A DNA stretch of 64,000 nt from an uncultured Clostridia bacterium (GTDB taxonomy: Bacteria; Bacillota; Clostridia; Christensenellales; CAG-138). The position numbers and the translations under genes were made by a program. Positions within the stretch are counted from its first letter, which is position 1. The number at the start of each line of letters is the position of its first letter. The notes below the pieces were generated by a model. That model was not told the origin of the DNA and did no database searches. It was given only the letters and a program-made list of their open reading frames with translations. Below are positions 26,969 to 35,898 of this stretch, one piece after another. The stretch spans positions 16,251-80,250 of the forward strand of contig CAMOTD010000006.1 of NCBI GenBank assembly GCA_946625575.1, in the 5' to 3' direction.

Positions 26969-29095
26969 TCAGTTCACCTTTAATATCCGGGCGGCGCCGT
27001 TCGACCAAACCGTCTCCATTTGATTGAAGAAGTTGTAATCGATATTGTAGCTTCCCATCTCCCAGACGCTTATCAGCACGTAGTCGACGCCGTACTCCTT
27101 CGCGCAGTCGTCAAAGCAGGAGTACGGATCCTCATACATCTGCTGTACACGGTAATATCTTTCGGTGAAATCAACGCCGTGAAAGAAGAGGAACACGGGC
27201 GAGCCGCAGACAATGCTGCGCCCGGTCAGCATCGCGACCGCGTTGTTGTGGTTCGTCGCGGTGAGTATTATATCGTCTGGCGCGGTGTTCTGTTTTATCC
27301 AGTCAGCCGCTTCGACAAGCTCCGGCGAGACGGTCTGGTAGCCCGTCTCTTTATAGACCGGCTTGAGTCCCTCAAGCTCCCAATGATCGCCCGAGACGTA
27401 TTCGCGCGCTATGGTCATAACGCCGGAGAGCGTCGCCGCCGCTATTATAACGGCAAGCACGAGATCGCAGGCAAGCCGCCTTCCGAGGGGGGCTTTTTTA
27501 TTTTCCTGCCCGATCTCCTCCTGCACGGCGTCCGCGCGGCGGAGCCTTGCCCATGCCCTTATTATAAGGTCGGCGGTCAAGCCGCAGGTGAAGGCGAACC
27601 ATACGAAGAGGAGCTTGTTGTTATCGTAATTATTCGGCTGGAACACGACGAATTCGCAGATCAGCCAGATCGGGAGCACCGAAGCGAAGAACAGCTTGTG
27701 TTCCTTCTTCGCGGCGAGGAACGCGGGCAGCATGAGTATGAATATCAGGCCCATGTTCTTTATGTAGAACCAAAGCCAGGAATCCGATTCGTTGCACCAG
27801 TTAAGATGGAACTTCACGAACCCGCCCGCGCTGCTCTGCTTGAACGTGAAAAGGAAGAGCTGCGGAGAGGCGAACAGCATCGTTACCGCGCCGAACAGCA
27901 GGAACCATGCGAGGTTCCGCCAGCCTCCCTTATCCTTTATGCCGCAGCTCGGCATACAGATCTGCTTTATGAACAATATCCATATAAGCGCGGCGCTGAT
28001 GATGCCGAGCGCGAAGAAGCTGTGAGTATGCACGAGCGGCATAGCTCCCGCGAGCACGCCGAGACAGATGAAGAGCCTTTTCTCCCGGTCGAACGCGGCG
28101 CGCCGGAGCATCTGGAGCGCCGGGAACAGCAGCGCCCAGCCGAAGAGGGTAGCCCTTTGGGGGATGAGCATATCGGCGATGGTATTCACCCAGCGCAGAC
28201 CCAGATCGACGTAATTGGTCGGCGTTTTGTACCAGCCGTCAAGAAGCCTCCTGCCCATGTCGAGCGCGGAAGCATAGTTGATATTCGCATTTACCCCGTA
28301 AACCTCGCTGAGCCAGTTCTCCCATGCTTCGGGCGTCGTGAGAGAAGCATAGGTCTTCGCGTTGTCGAAGAAATAGGCAAAGCCGAAGCCGCCTCCGATA
28401 AAGAAGAACGCCGTTGCGAGACACGCCGACGACGAACGCCCGAACCAGTCCTCAAAGAAAAGATACACGCCGAGTACGACCATAATATAGGCGTAGAGCG
28501 CGGGAAGCAGCGCCGCAAAGCGCAGGGATGCTCCGAGAGTATAGAATGTGGAGCTGACGCTGTCGCAGAGGAAAGGGTAGCCGAGAAGCGTATCCGGCAG
28601 TATGGAGTACATCGGCGGGAACGATTTCTGCACGGAGATGCTCGTGATAAAGCCGAGGTGCATGCAAAGATCGCCGTAGGTGCACTGACCGACGTGGAGC
28701 GACCCGTCGGACGCCGTCCTGATAAAATGATTATTCATAAGAAGGAGCCCGACGATCACGAGCGGGAGCGCGGTCAGTATGAGCCAGATATCCTTCTTTT
28801 TATCAAAGCCGCCCGTTCTCGCCCGTTTTCTTCCGAGAACAAGGCATAGGACGCCCGCCGCGAGCGCCGCGGCAAGCGATATAAGCTGCGCGGCAAGCGT
28901 GAAATCCATAATGAACGCGAAAAGCGCAGGCAGCCAGAGGAGCATGACGAGCCCGGCAGTCATACCGAAGAGCAGCTGCTTTGCGAACCTGTCCTTCGGA
29001 AAAACGAGCCTTGAAATAAAAAAGCCCGAAACGGCGAACGCCGAAATGTAAAGAACGGAAAGCGTACCCATTAGCAGCGGGTATAGACCTGCCAT
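26969..29095 (-). CDS. large polytopic membrane protein with C-terminal extracytoplasmic domain (possible GT-C-type glycosyltransferase)
   Basis: About 15 hydrophobic helices over roughly 550 aa, then a soluble C-terminus of roughly 150 aa. The ATG at 29095 has AAGGAGG upstream. The architecture resembles ArnT/PMT-type enzymes, but I see no diagnostic motif. Confidence 0.4.
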   Translation of the reverse strand: MAGLYPLLMGTLSVLYISAFAVSGFFISRLVFPKDRFAKQLLFGMTAGLVMLLWLPALFAFIMDFTLAAQLISLAAALAAGVLCLVLGRKRARTGGFDKKKDIWLILTALPLVIVGLLLMNNHFIRTASDGSLHVGQCTYGDLCMHLGFITSISVQKSFPPMYSILPDTLLGYPFLCDSVSSTFYTLGASLRFAALLPALYAYIMVVLGVYLFFEDWFGRSSSACLATAFFFIGGGFGFAYFFDNAKTYASLTTPEAWENWLSEVYGVNANINYASALDMGRRLLDGWYKTPTNYVDLGLRWVNTIADMLIPQRATLFGWALLFPALQMLRRAAFDREKRLFICLGVLAGAMPLVHTHSFFALGIISAALIWILFIKQICMPSCGIKDKGGWRNLAWFLLFGAVTMLFASPQLFLFTFKQSSAGGFVKFHLNWCNESDSWLWFYIKNMGLIFILMLPAFLAAKKEHKLFFASVLPIWLICEFVVFQPNNYDNNKLLFVWFAFTCGLTADLIIRAWARLRRADAVQEEIGQENKKAPLGRRLACDLVLAVIIAAATLSGVMTIAREYVSGDHWELEGLKPVYKETGYQTVSPELVEAADWIKQNTAPDDIILTATNHNNAVAMLTGRSIVCGSPVFLFFHGVDFTERYYRVQQMYEDPYSCFDDCAKEYGVDYVLISVWEMGSYNIDYNFFNQMETVWSNGAARILKVN

Positions 29096-29154
29096 GTTTT
29101 CCTCCTTAAACAAAAAGCCCCGGCGCGGAAAAAACTCCGCATGCCGAAGCGAGC

Positions 29155-29694
29155 TCACATGAATAACGAGAGCCTTGTCAGCGGCGCGACGCGCAGACGC
29201 GTTTCGCCGTAGATCCTGCCGTAGGGGATAAGATAACGGTCCAGCGCGGAGACCGCGGGGCGTTTATCCGGCAGAAGCAGTACCGAATCCTCCGGAACGG
29301 AGCAGTCGAGCTCGGCATATTCGGACCATTCGCCGCCGTATGCGCTTTCGTCGATAAGCTCGCCGTCAAGATACGCTTTGCCGTTCCTGACCTGATAAAG
29401 CGAGCCGCCCTTTGCCGCTACGCGGTAAAAGGCATAGCCCGAGCCCAGATCCGCGCGGACGATATCGCCCACGGAATAATCTGCGATGAAGCGGGAGACT
29501 CTGTCAACGAGCAGGAGCTCGCCCGTATTGAGCTCCGCAACGTTCTCGTCGTTCACCTCAACGGGAACGAGTATCACCTTGAACAGTATGAAAACAAGGA
29601 AAAAGCACAAAAGAAGTATGACGGCGATATCCGCAGCCCTTCTTGCCGCGGATTCCGCCCTCGTATATGTGCTTCTGACCGTGTATTCCTCCAT
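29155..29694 (-). CDS. signal peptidase I-like protein lacking the catalytic Ser/Lys (pseudo-peptidase)
   Basis: N-terminal TM anchor. The GDIV box and the C-terminal PDKR..S.LDR box align with S26 boxes C and E. The SM-x-PT box reads NDENVAEL and the KR box reads YRV. Confidence 0.5.
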   Translation of the reverse strand: MEEYTVRSTYTRAESAARRAADIAVILLLCFFLVFILFKVILVPVEVNDENVAELNTGELLLVDRVSRFIADYSVGDIVRADLGSGYAFYRVAAKGGSLYQVRNGKAYLDGELIDESAYGGEWSEYAELDCSVPEDSVLLLPDKRPAVSALDRYLIPYGRIYGETRLRVAPLTRLSLFM

Positions 29695-29697
29695 CCG

Positions 29698-30354
29698 TCA
29701 GCGGATCCCCCTTGCGTTTTTGAACGGATACATAACGCCGTGCACCCTGCCGATCACGTCATAGAGCGGTATCGCGCCGACGTCTCTCGAGTCCTTCGAG
29801 TTGGTGCGGTGATCGCCCATCACGAACACGCAGCCCTCCGGCACGGTATAGACGCCGTTAACAACGCCCTCGCACCTGACGGGGATATACGTCAAGCCCT
29901 TGTCTATCAGCATGGTCTTGCCGTACGCGGATTCGTCGATCTGAACGCCGTCGACGTAAACGGAACTGCTGAACGATACGATATTCGTTTCGGGATCGAC
30001 GTTCCTTTCGGTCCTTACCTCCACGGTCTGCCCGGCGGTGGCTACGACCCTTTTAACGAACGCGGTATTGCCCATCTCGGGGAAATGGACGATCACAACG
30101 TCCCCCGCTTTGGGCTTTGAAAACCAATAGCTCACCTTTTCGACTAAGCACCTTTCGCCGTTCTGCAGCGTGTTCATCATGGAGGGACCGTCCACCTTGA
30201 CGGGCTCCAAAACGAAAGCGCGCACCGCGAGCAGCACCAGCACGAGTCCAACTATGAAGATAAGAAAATCGATATTCGAAGCCGCCCTGTAGCCGGGCTC
30301 CTTTTCATGCAGCGTCTCGCATACCTTGCGGGTGTCCTTATCGTTCCTTGTCAC
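29698..30354 (-). CDS. lepB: signal peptidase I
   Basis: All S26 boxes are present: DGPSMMNTL, GDVVIV, VKRVVATAGQTV, GDHRTNSKDSRD. Confidence 0.88.
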   Translation of the reverse strand: MTRNDKDTRKVCETLHEKEPGYRAASNIDFLIFIVGLVLVLLAVRAFVLEPVKVDGPSMMNTLQNGERCLVEKVSYWFSKPKAGDVVIVHFPEMGNTAFVKRVVATAGQTVEVRTERNVDPETNIVSFSSSVYVDGVQIDESAYGKTMLIDKGLTYIPVRCEGVVNGVYTVPEGCVFVMGDHRTNSKDSRDVGAIPLYDVIGRVHGVMYPFKNARGIR

Positions 30355-30547
30355 TTTGATCCTCCGAAATCTTTTTTGCGGCCCTCAGGAAATCGCCCCT
30401 GTCGAGCATCACGATCCTGCCGCAGCCCAAGCATTTTATCTTTATATCGGCGCCCGTCCTCACGATCTCCCATTCGTTCGATCCGCAGGCATGGGGCTTT
30501 CGCATTATCACTCGGCGGCCGAGTTCTATACTTTCGTTATCTATCAT
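30338..30547 (-). CDS. DUF951-family small zinc-ribbon-like protein
   Basis: 69 aa with KPHACGSNEWEIVRTGADIKIKCLGCGR, typical of DUF951. It overlaps lepB by 17 nt. Confidence 0.6.
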   Translation of the reverse strand: MIDNESIELGRRVIMRKPHACGSNEWEIVRTGADIKIKCLGCGRIVMLDRGDFLRAAKKISEDQSDKER

Positions 30548-32523
30548 CAGTCGTTGCCCACCCAGCGCAGGAAGAAGTACAGCCTTGCCCCGAGCTTTGC
30601 GTCGTAATGATTGTCGCCGCAGGTCACGAGAGTCATGAACCTGTCGTTCGTGCAGACGCTCGCGTCGAAATCAAGCGTGTTCTTGCCGAGCTGATACTCG
30701 AGCCACCCCTGCCTGTCCTGCTCGTTCATGGCGTTGAAGGTGTACGGCCAGCAGGTGTTGAAGAGCTGCGAGGAATCATCCGCGCGGCGGAACGCGCCCT
30801 CCTCGTACATAGCCCAGACCTCCCAATACCCGGTCTGCCCGTAGGTGTTTATGCACCACACCCTGTTCTTGTATTCGCCGAGCTTCGAAGCGCTGTCCTG
30901 GATATTGTGCAGCTCATGGAACATTGTGCCGGACTGCCTTGAATTGTGCCCGGTTATGACGATGTTCCTGTTGGGTCTCGACCAGTAGAAATAGATACTG
31001 CCGCGTCCCGTGCTCGCCTTATTGATGTTGTGATCGTTGTAATACCAGTTCTGCCCGTACATGATCGGGTAGGAGATATTGGTCCCCTCGAGCGTGATAT
31101 AGCCGAGCGCATCGGGATTGAGACGCCTTGCGTCCGCAAGCTCGTTCATATAGGGATAGGTCTTCGCGTACTGATCCGCGGCGCCCGTGCCCTCCGCCTG
31201 AGCGGTGATCACGTCGATATCGTTCACGTCGATCGAGCCGGGCTTCGAGGTATCCGCCACGGCGTCCGCGGCGCGCAGGAACGCGCCCTTAAGCTGCGTC
31301 TTCTTTGCGGCATGATCCTTGACGAGCTTGACGTCCGTATCGTCGATAGCTCCGTCGCCGTTGACGTCGCCGATGAGCACGCAGACGGCGCCCTTCGCTT
31401 CGCTGGTTACGGGATCCGCCCAGCTGATCTCCCTGCCCGTGGCGACGGGCGCGCCGTCAAGCTCAGCGCCGGGAGTGAGCCCCAGCAGCCAGCCCTCCTC
31501 GGAAACGTAGGGGAGGAGCCTCCAGCCGGTCACGTTCACCGCAAGGTGAGAGTCGTCGCCGAAGCCCTCGCAGGTGCCGTCGCCATGCAGCACGACGGCG
31601 TGTGTTTTGGAGGCGGAAACGGAGTAAACGCCCGTCGTCTCCCCCTCGATGAAATCGGCGTCGGTAAAGAGCCTGCCGGTGCTGTCCACGCCGTAGGTGG
31701 CGCCCTCTGCGGCGGTTATGAACGCGATATCGCTCCAATCGAAGCTCTTCGCCTCCCCGCCGGAAACGGGATACGCCTTGACCGTGCCATCATAATACAG
31801 CACGGAGAAATGATCCTCCGCCGCGGCGATATCGATAACGGGCTCCTCATTTACATCCTCGGAAAGCTCCAGCCCCGCGGCAACGACGTAACATTCCTCA
31901 TTAAGACCGAGGGTATAGTCGGCGGCGGCGGCTATCTTTGCAATGCCCGTCCATTCCGCGACGGCGCACTGACCGGCGTTATCCTCGCCGAGCGCGGTCA
32001 CGGAGCCTCCGCTGACAAGCCCGACAATATGCGCGCGTCCCATGGCGATATCGGTCACGCCCGTCCAATCGGCGGTGCCGGTAAAGGGCGCGTTCCCGTC
32101 CTCGGTTATCGCGGCGAAGGAAATGCTTCCGTCCCGCATGAGGGCGGCGGTCACGCTGCCGTTTGACGCGAGCTTGTTCACTTTGATCCAGTCGAAGATA
32201 AGATTCTGACCGGAGACCGCTTCTCCCATGAACCGTATGCTTCCGTCCGAAGCGACGCCGTAGGTGCCGGTGGGCACGGCGTAAACGTATCCCATCAGGT
32301 CGCGCTTTACGGGAGCGGCGGATTCCCTGCTCTTTTCCGTGGGCGCGGCGGTGGACTCGTCCGTGGCGGGGACGTCGGTATCTGCCGCCTCCGTAGGCAG
32401 GGGCTCGTCCCCGTGAGCGGGGCCGCAGCTGCATCCGGAGCAGCCCGCTCCGAGCACGAACGCCGCCGCGAGCGTCAAAAGAAGCGCGGATTTCAGGATT
32501 ATTTTAATGGATTTGTTTTTCAT
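30547..32523 (-). CDS. lipoprotein with RCC1-like repeats, dockerin-like EF-hand module and C-terminal class-B sortase domain
   Basis: Lipobox VLGAGC. RCC1-like GRAHIVGLVSGGSVTALGEDNAGQC. Dockerin-like GDVNGDGAIDDTDVKLVKDH. SrtB-like NPDALGYITLEGTNISYPIMYG...VITGHNSRQSGTMFHEL...TLVTCGD...ARLYFFLRWV. Confidence 0.6.
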   Translation of the reverse strand: MKNKSIKIILKSALLLTLAAAFVLGAGCSGCSCGPAHGDEPLPTEAADTDVPATDESTAAPTEKSRESAAPVKRDLMGYVYAVPTGTYGVASDGSIRFMGEAVSGQNLIFDWIKVNKLASNGSVTAALMRDGSISFAAITEDGNAPFTGTADWTGVTDIAMGRAHIVGLVSGGSVTALGEDNAGQCAVAEWTGIAKIAAAADYTLGLNEECYVVAAGLELSEDVNEEPVIDIAAAEDHFSVLYYDGTVKAYPVSGGEAKSFDWSDIAFITAAEGATYGVDSTGRLFTDADFIEGETTGVYSVSASKTHAVVLHGDGTCEGFGDDSHLAVNVTGWRLLPYVSEEGWLLGLTPGAELDGAPVATGREISWADPVTSEAKGAVCVLIGDVNGDGAIDDTDVKLVKDHAAKKTQLKGAFLRAADAVADTSKPGSIDVNDIDVITAQAEGTGAADQYAKTYPYMNELADARRLNPDALGYITLEGTNISYPIMYGQNWYYNDHNINKASTGRGSIYFYWSRPNRNIVITGHNSRQSGTMFHELHNIQDSASKLGEYKNRVWCINTYGQTGYWEVWAMYEEGAFRRADDSSQLFNTCWPYTFNAMNEQDRQGWLEYQLGKNTLDFDASVCTNDRFMTLVTCGDNHYDAKLGARLYFFLRWVGND

Positions 32524-32638
32524 TTTCTCGGTTTCTCCTTGGCGTTATATCAAACCGATCATATCATACCACATTTTTCACAAAAAGAAAACCGCTTTAT
32601 CGAAAGCGGCCAAAAAAATCTTTGCTTGGGCGCACCCT

Positions 32639-33409
32639 TCAATGCTTTCCAATGGGTATCTGCGCCCTGACCGCCCTTACCTCGGCGGGATCGATATCGA
32701 AGGAGAGTATCTCCTCCCCCTCGCCCGCGCGGGCGATCACCCTTCCCCACGGGTCGACGGCGATCGAATTCGCATAGGAAACGTAGCTTTTCGAAGCGTC
32801 CCTCGCAGGGGCGCAGCCGAACGTGAAAACTTGCTCGTCCACCGCTCTCGCCCTGAAAAGGAGCTCCCAATGCAAGGGTCCCGTCGTCATGTTGAACGCG
32901 GCGGGCACGGCGAGCATATCGATCCCCTCCATGCCGTGTATGAACGAGGCGAAGCGGACGTCGAAGCAGATCGCGACGCCTATCCTGCCGAACGGCGTGT
33001 CGAACGCGGTGCTCCCATCCCCCTTTGTGAGCGTTTCCGACTCGAAGAAGCGCTGACCGCCCTTTACGTCTATATCGAATAAATGCGCCTTCCTGTGCTT
33101 TGCCGCGAGCTCGCCCCGGGGATCGAAAACGAGCGACGTGTTGTAGATCCTGCCGTTATCGAGCTCCGGCATGCTGCCGCCTACGACGTATGCTCCGGAG
33201 GCATAAGCCATATCCGCGAGCGCCTCCGTGACGCGCCCGCCGACGGGTTCCGCGTTCTCGACGAAAGCCTGCGGTCTGTATTCGCAGCAAAACATCTCGG
33301 GAAGCATTATAAGGTCGTTCTTCCCCGCCGAGCTTACAAGCCGCGCGGCGTTTTCAAGGTCCGCCGTCTTGTCGCCCGTCACGCGCATCTGTATGAGAGA
33401 TATCCTCAT
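32639..33409 (-). CDS. carbon-nitrogen hydrolase (nitrilase superfamily, omega-amidase-like)
   Basis: MRISLIQM start, E (LPEMF), K (HRKAHLF) and C (VAICFD) catalytic-triad contexts. 256 aa. Confidence 0.8.
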   Translation of the reverse strand: MRISLIQMRVTGDKTADLENAARLVSSAGKNDLIMLPEMFCCEYRPQAFVENAEPVGGRVTEALADMAYASGAYVVGGSMPELDNGRIYNTSLVFDPRGELAAKHRKAHLFDIDVKGGQRFFESETLTKGDGSTAFDTPFGRIGVAICFDVRFASFIHGMEGIDMLAVPAAFNMTTGPLHWELLFRARAVDEQVFTFGCAPARDASKSYVSYANSIAVDPWGRVIARAGEGEEILSFDIDPAEVRAVRAQIPIGKH

Positions 33410-34149
33410 GTTTCCTCCTTAAAATACGCGAACGCTCTTCCGTCGCGTTCCCGCCTCAGCGCCCCCGCTGCAAGCGCGCAGCCGAGCATCAAACGCGTTT
33501 CGTCCTCCGGTCTTGAAAGCGCCAAGGCGCATTCCTTCACCGTGAAACCGTCCGGCTTTTCAAGAAGCCCGGGCGGCACGAACCTTGACCAATCGTCCTT
33601 TGCGGCAAAGACCCATTCCTCCTTCAGTTCACGCGGCACGAGCTCGTATTTCACGACGTTCGGCGCGCGGCGCCGCTTTCTTTCGCCGGTCTTATAACGG
33701 TATTCGTCCGCGTCGACTATCGGCACGACGATCATCAGCCCCGGATGCGAAAGGAATCGGCGAATGTGGATAAGCCCCCTGAACGCGTCCTCGACACGCC
33801 CCCTTTTTGGCGAAAGACGGGGCTTTTTCAGCTCGCCCGTTTCGGTATCCATATAGATGAGCCGGCGTTCCCCGACGATCGGATGCACGACCGTTACGGG
33901 GCATTTTTCAAGGAACGTCTCCAGCTTGCGGTTAAGCGAAAACAGGCTGCCCGTCTGTATCTCCGTAATGCCGTCCTCGTTCATGATATCCGCAAAAAAG
34001 CCCTCGAAGGCGATCTCGTGCTTCGTTTCGTCGGGCTCGTAATAGTATTTCAATGCGGAATGGAGCGACTTTTCGCCCAGCATGCCTATGCCGTCCGGCT
34101 TCCTCAAAAGCGCGCGGCTGACGGCGGCGGAGAATTTCAGGCTGTCCAT
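33406..34149 (-). CDS. hypothetical protein, possible PD-(D/E)XK nuclease fold
   Basis: EKSLHSALKYYYEPDETKHEI...FADIMNEDGITEIQTGS resembles a D...E-x-Q/K nuclease core. It has a 4-nt ATGA overlap with the downstream hydrolase. The start is uncertain: 34149 ATG, 34083 ATG or 34209 TTG, none with a good RBS. Confidence 0.4.
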   Translation of the reverse strand: MDSLKFSAAVSRALLRKPDGIGMLGEKSLHSALKYYYEPDETKHEIAFEGFFADIMNEDGITEIQTGSLFSLNRKLETFLEKCPVTVVHPIVGERRLIYMDTETGELKKPRLSPKRGRVEDAFRGLIHIRRFLSHPGLMIVVPIVDADEYRYKTGERKRRRAPNVVKYELVPRELKEEWVFAAKDDWSRFVPPGLLEKPDGFTVKECALALSRPEDETRLMLGCALAAGALRRERDGRAFAYFKEET

Positions 34150-34285
34150 ACGAGAATGATACCACAGTTTGCATTCCAAAACAAGAGCGCCGTTTTCATC
34201 TTTCACCAAAATACGCGGTAAAGCGTATTATATCCTGAGCGGCAGTCAAAGCCGCTTCCAAAAATCCTTAAAGGAGGCATCTTCT

Positions 34286-34504
34286 ATGTGCAACGGTATG
34301 TGCAACTCGAACTTCGGCGATAACTGGTGGTGGATCATTATCCTTCTGATCCTGTTCGGCGGCAATTCCTGCGGCTGTGAGAACAACAACGGCTGCGGCT
34401 GCGGCAACAACAATTGGCTGCTCATCCTCATCATCGCCCTTCTCGGCGGCTGGGGCGGCTGCGGCTGCGAGAACAACAACAACGGCTGCGGCTGCGGCTG
34501 CTGA
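34286..34504 (+). CDS. 72-aa Cys/Gly/Asn-rich, internally duplicated double-TM mini-protein (YjcZ-like?)
   Basis: AAGGAGG (34271-34277) lies 8 nt before the ATG. The sequence is MCNGMCNSNFGDN-WWWIIILLILFGG-NSCGCENNNGCGCGNNN-WLLILIIALLGG-WGGCGCENNNNGCGCGC. A terminator follows directly. Confidence 0.6.
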   Translation: MCNGMCNSNFGDNWWWIIILLILFGGNSCGCENNNGCGCGNNNWLLILIIALLGGWGGCGCENNNNGCGCGC

Positions 34505-34514
34505 CGCTTGAAAG

Positions 34515-34558
34515 AAAAAGGGGTGCCTCATTGAACGGGGGCAACCCCTTTTTCTTTT
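34515..34558 (+). terminator. intrinsic terminator after the Cys-rich mini-gene
   Basis: GGGGTGCC...GGCAACCCC stem (one bulge) followed by TTTTTCTTTT. Confidence 0.6.
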
Positions 34559-34704
34559 CGTCCGGTCTCAAAATATATCCTCTTTACCCCTTTATCTGCC
34601 TTGATTTTCGTTATATAATGAAGAGGATAATGCGGGAATGGGCGATAAGGCGCTTTTCCGCTTAAACACCAATTCAAAAATCTAAAAAAGGATCGGGTAA
34701 AAAA

Positions 34705-35781
34705 ATGGACGAACTCAAAAAAACTCCGCTTTACGAGGCGCATATCGCTCTCGGCGGCAAGATGGTCGATTTCGGCGGCTGGGCGCTCCCCGTTCAGTAC
34801 AGCTCCATAATCGAGGAGCATAAGGCTGTCCGCAATGCCTGCGGCCTGTTCGACGTTTCTCACATGGGCGAGGTATTCGTCGTCGGCAAATCCGCCTTCG
34901 ATTATATCCAGAACCTTGTGACCAACGATATCACCACGATGACTCCCGGCCGCTGCCGTTACGCCGTCATGTGCTATGAGGACGGCGGCGCAGTCGACGA
35001 CGTCCTTATCTACAAATTCGCGGACGACCGCTATATGCTCGTCGTAAACGCCGCGAACACCGCGAAGGATATCGAGTGGATGAAGAAGAACGTCTTCGGC
35101 GACGTTCAGATCATCAATGAGAGCCCCCTTTGGGCGCAGCTCGCTCTCCAGGGACCGAAGTTTGAGGAAGTCCTCAACGCCGCCGGCTACTACGGCGAGA
35201 TCCCCGCGAAGAACTACACCTTTACCGAGAACAATATCGTTGCCGGCGTAAGGTGCCTCGTCTCCCGCACGGGCTACACCGGCGAGGACGGCGTTGAGCT
35301 CTACTGCGCCGCGGGCGACGCGATGAGGCTCCATGCCGCTCTTCTTGCCGCGGGCAAGGAATTCGGTCTTCTCCCCTGCGCTCTCGGCGCGAGGGACACC
35401 CTCCGTTTCGAGGCGTCCATGCCCCTTTACGGTCACGAGATGAGCGATAAGATCAACCCCGTCGAGTGCGGCGTCGATTTCGCCATCAAGTTCAAGAAGC
35501 CCGCCTTCATCGGCCGCGAGGCGCTCATCCAGCCCAAGACCCGTCAGCGCATCGGTCTCAAGGTGCTCAAGGGTCTCGTTCGTGAGCATATGCCCGTGCT
35601 CGCCAACGGCAAAGAGGTCGGCTTCACCACCAGCGGCGGTCCCGCTCCCAGCCTCGGCGGCAATTACGCCATGGCTATCGTTCCCGCGGATCTTCCCGAA
35701 GACGCCGAGATCACCGTCGACGTCCGCGGCCGTCAGGTCCCCTGCCAGCGCGTGGAGCTCCCCTTCTACAAGAGAGCGTGA
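34705..35781 (+). CDS. gcvT: glycine cleavage system aminomethyltransferase T
   Basis: TPLYEAHIALGGKMVDFGGWALPVQY N-terminus, with full-length similarity pattern to GcvT. Confidence 0.92.
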   Translation: MDELKKTPLYEAHIALGGKMVDFGGWALPVQYSSIIEEHKAVRNACGLFDVSHMGEVFVVGKSAFDYIQNLVTNDITTMTPGRCRYAVMCYEDGGAVDDVLIYKFADDRYMLVVNAANTAKDIEWMKKNVFGDVQIINESPLWAQLALQGPKFEEVLNAAGYYGEIPAKNYTFTENNIVAGVRCLVSRTGYTGEDGVELYCAAGDAMRLHAALLAAGKEFGLLPCALGARDTLRFEASMPLYGHEMSDKINPVECGVDFAIKFKKPAFIGREALIQPKTRQRIGLKVLKGLVREHMPVLANGKEVGFTTSGGPAPSLGGNYAMAIVPADLPEDAEITVDVRGRQVPCQRVELPFYKRA

Positions 35782-35898
35782 CGCGCGATACCGCGTTCCT
35801 TATGAACGCGCCGCTTTTAGTTCAATCCCCTGCGCATCGCAATGACATATGCGAAAAAGCAGCTAATGAAAAAAATAATAATCTGGAGGTAACTTAAT

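Noticed and set aside
32639-33409. Two nitrilase-superfamily hydrolases in one window (32639-33409 and 52443-53318) as a possible linked system.
   Set aside because: They are 19 kb apart on opposite strands with unrelated neighbours. Multiple CN-hydrolase paralogues are common.
34286-34504. Cys-rich mini-protein as a RiPP or lanthipeptide/thiopeptide precursor.
   Set aside because: There is no leader-core organisation and no Ser/Thr partners. It has two obvious TM segments and no modifying enzyme, protease or exporter genes adjacent; the neighbours are a nitrilase-family operon and gcvT. It is kept as a finding only as a YjcZ-like oddity.
34559-34704. Expected glycine riboswitch upstream of gcvT.
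   Set aside because: I could not find the conserved glycine-aptamer elements (GGAGAG...CACCGAAGGGGCAA / CTCTGGAGAG...) on the + strand. Only a possible TATAAT-like box near 34611-34618 and weak hairpins are present. An Infernal scan would settle it.
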